A DNA stretch of 29,755 nt. It comes from Malacoraja senta. Lineage: Eukaryota. The stretch's first letter is position 1. Every line of letters begins with the position of its first letter. The notes under the pieces are model-generated. The model was not told the DNA's origin. It did not search any database and saw only the letters and a program-made list of their open reading frames with translations. The DNA lies in contig JAXLNO010000575.1 in assembly GCA_038087875.1 (NCBI GenBank), forward strand, positions 310,001 through 339,755. The letters are read 5' to 3'. The translations under genes and the position numbers were made by a program. Of this stretch, positions 22,391 to 29,755 are shown piece after piece.

Positions 22391-23700
22391 TCTATGGTGG
22401 AGGAGGGGAACCCCCGTTCCCTGAAGAATGAGGACATTTCAGATGCCCTGGTGTGGAACGCCTCATCCTGGGAGCAGATGCGGCGTAGACGGAGGAATTG
22501 GGAGTGGGGGATGGAGTCCTTACAGGAAGCAGGGTGGGAAGAAGTGTAGTCCAGATAGCCATGGGAGTCGGTAGGTTTGTAGTGGATGTCGGTAAGGAGT
22601 CTATCACCTGCGATGGAGATAGTGAGGTCAAGGAATGGTAGGGATGTGTCGGAAATGGTCCAGGTGTATTTGAGTGCCGGATGGAAGTTGGTGGTGAAGC
22701 GGATGAAGTCAGTCAGTCAGGATGAGGCGTTCCACACCAGGGCATCTGAAATGTCCTCATTCTTCAGGGAACGGGGGTTCCCCTCCTCCACCATAGATGA
22801 GGCTCGCACCAGGGTCTCTGCCATACCCCGCAACACTGCTCTCTCTCCCCATCCCCCCACTCACAACAAGGGCAGAGTCCCCCTAGTCCTCACCTTTCAC
22901 CCCACCAGCCGTCACATACAACAAGTGATCCTCCGTCAGTTTCGCCACCTCCAACGTGACCCCACCACGCGCCACATCTTCCCATCTCCCCCCATGTCTG
23001 CCTTCCGCAAAGACTGCTCCCTCCGTAACTCCCTTGTCAATTCTTCCCTTCCCTCCCATACCACCCCCTCCCCTGGTACTTTCCCTTGCAACCGCAAGAG
23101 ATGCAACACTTGTCCCTTCACCTCCCCCCTCCACTCCATTCAAGGACCCAAGCAGTCGTTCCAGGTGCGACAGAGGTTCACCTGCATCTCCTCCAACCTC
23201 ATCTATTGCATTCGCTGCTCTAGATGCCAGCTGATCTACATCGGTGAGACCAAGCGGAGGCTTGGCGATCGTTTCGCCGAACACCTCCGGTCGGTCCGCA
23301 ATAACCAACCTGAACTCCCGGTGGCTCAGCACTTCAACTCCCCCTCCCATTCCGTATCTGACCTCTCTGTCCTGGGTCTCCTCCATGGCCACAGCAAGCA
23401 ACACCGTAAATTGGAGGAAATGCACCTCATATTCCGCTTGGGCAGTCTACATCCTGGGGGTTTGAACATTGAATTCTCCCAATTCTGCTAGCCCTTGCTG
23501 TCCCCTCCCCTTCATCAGCCACCTGGTTGTCTCCTCACCTCCTCCAGCCCTCGGGCTCCTCCTCCGCCTTTTTCCTTTTTTCCTTTCTTCTCCCCACCCC
23601 CTATCAGTCTTAAGAAGGGTTTCGGCCCGAAACGTTACCTATTTCCTTCGCTCCATAGATGCTGCTGCACCCGCTGAGTTTCTCCAGCATTTTTGTGTAC
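22391..23700 (+). mobile_element. Penelope-like element, 5'-truncated with inverted 5' segment
   Basis: GIY-YIG NLIYCIRCSRCQLIYIGETKRRLGDRFAEH..GLN; 22391-22717 carries upstream RT sequence (FLDLTISI..YKPTDSHGYLDYTSSHP) on the minus strand; 3' tail with hammerhead-like motif. Confidence 0.9.
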
Positions 23701-23769
23701 CACTGAACTTTATTAGCCAATTAACTGTTATTTTGACTTTCCAAGTTGGCGGATGTGCAGGAGTGTGAG

Positions 23770-24581
23770 CCGTTTGTATGGCCGCCTGCCTGCAGTCCGT
23801 CCTCTAACTCTTTTATTGTCTAAAACATTTTTTGTTTTGGAGTCTATTCTTTCTATGTGGGGGGTGGGTGGGGGGGGGGGGAAACTGTTTTAACCCCAGT
23901 CCTACCTGTTCGGAGATGCGTTTTTCCTCCAAATCGCGTCTCCGGTCTCCCCATGCGGCCTTCCATCGGTCTGGAGCGGCGTTTCCTGCCGGGACCACAG
24001 CTTCGGCGGCACAGCGCTGGGACACCAACACGGAGCAGGCGATGCTTTGCCGGGTCGCCGCTCCGGAGTGCTGTGACCGCCGACCACCAACATCGAGCAG
24101 CCGCGGTCTGCGGTTTGAGGGCATCCCGCCGCGGGCGGGCGGCGCTGGATCAAAAACACCGTGGAGTCGAAGGTCCAACCGGCGCGGCCTGAAGTCCACG
24201 GGCGTTGCAGTCTCCAGGGAAGGAGCGGCCGCTCCAGACACTTCCAAGCTGCTGAGGACTTTTCAACCCGATGCGGATGGGGCCTATAATCATCGGGCTG
24301 CCGTTGCAGCGACTGGCTGCGGTGGCCTCAAACTGGCCCCGACCTCGGGTGGATTAGGAGGAGGAGGACTGGACATTTTAGTGCCTTCCCTCACAGTGGA
24401 GAGTGTAGATTCTACTGTGGGGGGATGTTCGTGTTGAATCTCTTATAGTGTGTTGTGTCATTTTTTTCCTACCTGTTTTTATTATTTATATGGATAATTT
24501 TCTCTGTAAAGAACTTTGGCTTTTGATTGAAATCGATTGAAAAGTGCTATATAAATAAATTTACTTTACTTTACTTACTTT
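23770..24581 (+). mobile_element. GC-rich putative non-autonomous retroelement with L2-type tail
   Basis: Ends TGTAAAGAACTTTGG..GAAAAGTGCTATATAAATAAA(TTTAC)n, like the tail at 9810-9867; no credible ORF. Confidence 0.5.
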
Positions 24582-24594
24582 ATCAGTATATTGA

Positions 24595-26102
24595 TTCATG
24601 CGAACAACAATATGGTTTTAGAGCTAACAGAACAACTTCATTTGCAATGATTGAATTTATAGAAAGAATTACTAAGGCAATAGAAAATAAAGAGTATGCA
24701 GTAGGGATTTTTTTGGACTTAAAAAAAGCATTTGACACCGTAGACCACGAGTTATTAATAAAGAAACTACAAAGATATGGCATTAGAGGCATCGCATTAT
24801 CATGGCTATTCAGCTACCTACAGAACCGGGAACAATATGTCGAAATACAAAACCATAAATCACAATTACTGCAGGTTACGTGTGGGGTGCCTCAGGGCTC
24901 AGTGTTAGGGCCATTATTATTCATTTTGTATATCAATAATATATGTGAAGTGTCAAAAACTCTTGAAACTATTCTCTTCGCTGATGATACTAACTTACTC
25001 TGCTGTGGAGACAACTTGGAACAGCTCCTGGATAGTATGGAAAAGGAATTGAGCAGGATGAAGATCTGGTTTGACGAAAATAAACTCACATTGAATTTAA
25101 GTAAAACAAAATTCATAATATTTGGAAATCGATCAACCAACATGATAAATGGCACAGAAATAGAAAGAGTATCTGAAATAAAATTTCTTGGAGTATTAAT
25201 TGACAACAAATTAACTTGGAAATCTCACATAAATTATATTAAAGCCAAAATATCCAAATCAATTGCAATACTGAATAAAGCCAGAGACCTACTAAATCAA
25301 GCCTCCTTGTATATGTTGTACTGCTCCCTCATACTCCCATACATGATCTACTGTGTGGAGGTATGGGGAAACACATACAAAACAAATACACATCCAATCT
25401 TCATCCTCCAAAAAAGAGCAATATGAATCATACATAAAACCACCTATAGACAATCAACAAAACCATTATTTATCAGACTAAAAACATTAAAATTTCAAGA
25501 TCTGGCAGATTATAAAACTATCCAAATTATGTTCAAAGCAGCAAATCAGCAATTGCCTTGTAATATCCAGGGGTTGTTCCAACGGAGAGAAAGCAAACAC
25601 AACCTGAGAGGAACCTATATATTCAAAAAAACAGCAATAAGAACTAATGCAAAACTCCATTGTGTTACAGCAAAGGGCGTTAGTCTCTGGAATAACTGCC
25701 ATGATGAGCTGAAAAAATGTAAGACTCTATTCAAACTAAAAACACTCTTCAGAAACAAAAGATTGAATGGTTATGAGCTGGACTAGTGATTTTCTTTTCC
25801 GTTTGGCTATTTTTTGTTTGTGGACTGTTCAACAGATTTTGGGTCCATTTGGTCCCATTATTTTGTTTTTCCATGAAAATGTATAGAAAATAAGAGGGGG
25901 TAGGACCAGAAAAGTTTTTGAACTTCTTCTTACCCCTTTTGAACATGAACGATATTATTTGTATTATTTGAGTTACTTATTTGTTTGTTTTCCTTTGTGT
26001 TTTTTTTTCTTTTTTATTGCTTATAAGTTTATTTGTGTTTGTATAATTTTTTTTAACATGTTCAATAAAATAATTTTTTTTAAAAATTTAAATGAAAAAA
26101 AA
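24595..26102 (+). mobile_element. 5'-truncated LINE of the CR1/L2 group (Crack/Daphne-like), AT-rich
   Basis: QYGFR, FLDLKKAFDTVDH, GVPQGSVLGPLLF, LFADDTNL, YCVEVWGNTYK; stop at 25424-25426; C-terminal ORF to 25786; AATAAA and A-rich tail. Confidence 0.85.
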
Positions 26103-26109
26103 ATGTGTG

Positions 26110-26248
26110 TATATATTTATAGAATGGTATATGGACACATTGATCTGTTTTGTAGTCAATGCCTACTATGTTCTGTTGTGCTGAAGCAAAGCAAGAATTT
26201 CATTGTCCTATCAGGAACACATGACAATAAACTCACTTGACTTGACTT
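26110..26248 (+). mobile_element. LINE 3' tail (Rex1/Babar-like)
   Basis: GAATTTCATTGT..TGACAATAAAC..(CTTGA)n. Confidence 0.5.
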
Positions 26249-26640
26249 AGTGCTGGGCCACCGGGAGATCAGTTTCGTTAAGACGGACTCAGTGGAGGTG
26301 TTCAGCGAAACGATCGCCGAGCCTGCGCTTGGTCTCGCCGATGTAGAGAAGTTGACACCTGGAACAGCGGATGCAGTAGATGATCTCCCGGTGGCCCAGC
26401 ACTTCAACTCCCCCTCCCATTCCGACCTTTCTGTCCTGGGCCTCCTCCATTGTCAGAGTGAGGCCCAGCTCAAATTGGAGGAACAGCACCTCATAGTCCG
26501 CTTGGGCAGTTTACACCCCAGCGGTATGAACATTGACTTCTCTAACTTCAGACAGCCCTTGCTCTCTCTCTCTCTCTCCTTCCCCTCCCCCTTCCCAGTT
26601 CTCCCACCAGTTCCACTGTCTCCGCCTACTTTCTTTCTTT
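26249..26640 (+). mobile_element. Short Penelope-like fragment with inverted 5' segment
   Basis: IYCIRCSRCQLLYIGETKRR on minus (26249-26380), then PVAQHFNSPSH..LEEQHLIVRLGSLHPSGMN on plus. Confidence 0.85.
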
Positions 26641-26908
26641 GTCCTACTGAAGGGGTAGATACATTTTATTTAACAAAATATTACGAGATTAATCCTTTAG
26701 TCGTTTTCTAACAGGAATTTGAGAAGTAGAAACTTTATAAGTAGTCTCTAGCTCTCGACTAACAACAATGTATGTTTTTTTTAATGAAAAAGCATTGATT
26801 AAATGAAGGTTTAAGAAAGTATTGCAGATGCTGGAAAAATTGAAGGTAGACAAAAATGCTGGAGAAGCTCAGCGGGTGAGGCAGCATTTATGGAGCGAAG
26901 GAATGGGT

Positions 26909-26936
26909 GACGTTTCGGGTCGAGACCCTTCTTCAG
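26909..26936 (-). ncRNA. Minimal hammerhead-ribozyme-like motif (Penelope-associated)
   Basis: Reverse complement reads CTGAAGAAGGGTCTCGACCCGAAACGTC. Confidence 0.6.
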
Positions 26937-26956
26937 TCTGATTCAGTCTGTGTCCA

Positions 26957-28145
26957 GTTTGCAGATGACACAAAGCTGGGTGGCAGTGTGAGCTGCGAGG
27001 AGGATGCTATGAGGCTGCTATGAGGCTGCAGGGTGACTTGGATAGGTTGGCTGAGTGGGCCGATGCATGGCAGATGCAGTATAATGTGGATAAATGTTAG
27101 GTGGCAAGAACAGGAAGGCAGATTATTATCTGAATGGTGTCAGATTAGGAAAAGGGCAGGTGCAATGAGACCTGGGTGTGCTTGTACATCAGTCACCGAA
27201 AGTAAGCATGCAGGTACAGCAGGCAGTGAAGAAAGCTAATGGCATGTTGGCCTTCATTGCGAGAGGATTTGAGTTTAGGTGCAAGGAGGTCCTATTGCAG
27301 TTGTACAGGGCCCTGGTGAGACCACACCTGGAGTATTGTGTGCAGTTTTGGTCTCCTAATTTGAGGAATGACATTATTGCTATTGAGGGAGTGCAGCGTA
27401 GGTTCAGCAGGTGTTGTGAGGCAAATGAAACTTTTACACTACTCGTAATTTACTTAACTTGATTTAAGCTTTAAGCAACTAATTTCTGTAATACATAACC
27501 GCAGAAACGTCTGGTAAACATGGCTGATTCCGCAGGCCTTTCCCGCCCTAAAACCCCCGCTCATGCGCACACTCTGGAAAAGCCCCGCACATGTGCACAT
27601 GCGCGCACTTTACCAGGTTAATTCCCGGGATGGCAGGACTGACATATGATGAAAGAATGGGTCGACTGGGCTTGTATTCACTGGAATTTAGGATGAGAGG
27701 GGATCTTATAGAAACATATAAAATTCTTAAAGGATTGGACAGGCTAGATTCAGAAAAAATGTTCCCGATGTTGGGGGTGTCCAGAACCAGGGGTCACAGT
27801 TTAAGAATAAGGAGTAGGCCATTCAGGACTGAGATGAGGAAAAATGTCTTTAACCAGAGAGTTGTGAATCTGGGGAATTTTCTGCCACAGATGGCTGTGG
27901 AGGCCAAGTCAAGGGTATGTTTAAGGCAGAGATAGACAGAATCAAGGTTTCAAGGTCTCAAGGTCAGTTTATTGTCACATGTACCAATTAAGGTACAGTG
28001 AAAATTGATTGTTGATTAGTACGGGTGTCAGGGGTTACGGGGAGAAGGCAGGAGAATGGGGCTAGTAGGGAGAAATAGATCAGCCATGTAGACTTGATGG
28101 GCTGAATGGCCTAATCCTGCTCTTCCCACTTATGACCTTATGACT
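26957..28145 (+). mobile_element. CR1 LINE 3' part with an insert of about 200 bp
   Basis: Homologous to about 1330-2250 (FADDTKL, VRPHLEYCVQFWSP, RTRGHSL); 3' tail ATGGCCTAATCCTGCTC..TTATGACCTTATGA. Confidence 0.9.
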
Positions 28146-28510
28146 AGTCTAGATGGAACACGTTGGTCTGCGTGTGTAAATTGGGCCAAAGGGCCTGTTT
28201 CTACGCTATATAACTCTACTAGACTAAGTGGGACCCGTTGGGTCCCATGTTCACACGGGAGGACTGGTCCCCCAACGCAATATTCCACCTCTCCACCAAT
28301 TCCAATATTGGTGACCAGTGGGGGGGGGGGCTTTCTGGAGCACTAGTATGGGTATTGTGGGCTGAAGGGACTGGTTTCCAGAGGGCTAGTATGGACATTG
28401 TGGGCCAAATGGATTCTTGTGGTGACAGCTCAGTCACTCAAGCCTGATGTGCTGGCAGCTCACTCACGGCTGGTGGGCTGGCAGTTGACTCGCGGCTGTT
28501 CCTTGAAATT

Positions 28511-28942
28511 CCATTTCAAACAGGGTGCAAGGCCACCAAATTCAATTGCAGTTTCATACCACTTCAAGGAGGGTGCAAGGCCACCAAATTCAGGTGCAGT
28601 TTCCTACCACTTCAAGCAGGGTGCAAGGCCACCGAATTCAAGTGCAGTTTCCTACCACTTCAAGCAGGGTGCAAGGCCACTGAATTCAAGTGCAGTGTCC
28701 GACCACTTCAAGCAGGGTGCAAGGCCACCAAATTCAAGTGCAGTTTCATACCACTTCAAGCAGGGTACAAGACAACCAAATTGAAGTGCAGTTTCATACC
28801 ATTTCAAGCAGGGTGCAAGGCCACCAAATTCAAATGCAGTTTCATACCATTTCATGCAGGGTGCAAGGCCACCAAATTCAAATTAAGTTTCATACCATTT
28901 CATGCAGGGTGCAAGGCCACCACATTCAAATGCATTTCAAGT
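28511..28942 (+). repeat. 48-bp minisatellite, about 9 copies
   Basis: Unit CCACTTCAAGCAGGGTGCAAGGCCACCAAATTCAAGTGCAGTTTCATA. Confidence 0.96.
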
Positions 28943-29250
28943 AGGGTGAAACCACCATAAAACCGTACAAAACACCACATAAACACCACATTCACAGTTC
29001 AGTAGACATTCAGTGTGTTCAGTTAATTCATAGCTCAGACAGTCGTGACCTCTCCCTCCCTCATCTTGCAGAGACCGAGCCAAACCCACACTTCCAGGTT
29101 TTACTAATAATACTTTCATTTTTCATTGATGGGAAGAATCCTCTGCACCTGATGAACGGAGGGGGCTCAGTAAGATGGCCTAAAATCACAGCTGTAAGTG
29201 GTAGCGTTTTATCTAAAATCAATATACAGTGCAAACAGGAAGTTGTCCAT

Positions 29251-29751
29251 TTACCACCACCAACAACCATCTGCAGTGCCACATTTCAAAGCAGTGACCA
29301 CCACCAACAACCATTTGCAGCACAGCATTTCAAAGCAGTTACCACCACAAACAACCATTTGCAGCGCAGCATTTCAAAGCAGTTACCACCACCAACAACA
29401 ATTTGCAGCGCAGCATTTCAAAGCCGTTACCACCACCAACAACCATTTGCAGAGCAGCATTTCAAAGTAGTTACCACCACCAACAACCATTTGCTGTGCA
29501 GCATTTCAGAGCAGTTACCACCACCAACAACCATTTGCAGTGCAGCATTTCAAAGCAGTTACCACCACCAATAACCATTTGCAGTGCAGCATTTCAAAGC
29601 AGCTACCACCACCAACAACCAATTGTAGTGCAGCATTTCAAAGCAGTTACCACCACCAACAACCATTTTCAGTGCAGCATTTCAAAGCAGTTACCACCAC
29701 CAACAACCATTTTCAGTGCAGCATTTCAAAGCAACTACCACCACCAACAAC
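29251..29751 (+). repeat. 44-bp minisatellite, about 11.5 copies
   Basis: Unit TTACCACCACCAACAACCATTTGCAGCGCAGCATTTCAAAGCAG. Confidence 0.96.
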
Positions 29752-29755
29752 GAAT

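Larger units (their letters stand above)
28219..29755 (-). mobile_element. Helitron-like non-autonomous element, 3' end; extent to window edge inferred
   Basis: Minus strand: hairpin TGGGACCC-AAC-GGGTCCCA (28229-28247), then CTTAGT, terminal CTAG (28222-28219), then host T. Confidence 0.65.

Noticed and set aside
22586..22717. N-terminus of the 301-aa Penelope ORF
   Set aside because: It is the antisense reading of the inverted segment; true coding sequence starts at 22718
23813..24437. Overlapping GC-rich ORFs here and at 2160-2663
   Set aside because: Open on both strands because of high GC; no recognisable motifs; inside probable repeats
28511..29751. CRISPR-like arrays or repetitive proteins
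   Set aside because: Head-to-tail units with no unique spacers, in a eukaryotic context; the ORFs are by-products of the repeats

Overview
Repeat-dense eukaryotic DNA, most likely from a cartilaginous fish (skate/ray-type HE1-like V-SINE and HER1/CR1-like LINEs; this assignment is inference). No host gene is confidently identified. The centrepiece is a decayed but nearly full-length class I (gamma/epsilon-like) endogenous retrovirus on the minus strand (9868-21822). It has a 5' LTR, a tRNA-Thr-like PBS, gag, an in-frame TGA, pro-pol, a gamma-type env, a PPT and a truncated 3' LTR. Its Pol carries an extra 2H-phosphoesterase-like domain (two HxT motifs) between protease and RT, and its env is split by a young 5'-truncated L1 with a 14-bp TSD. 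Also present: the 3' half of a DIRS1-type tyrosine-recombinase retrotransposon with its ICR/ITR fold-back; two Penelope-like elements with 5' inversions; several hammerhead-ribozyme-like motifs; CR1, L2-type and Rex1/Babar-type LINE fragments; and a Helitron-like 3' end carrying two minisatellites. All alignments and counts were done by eye.
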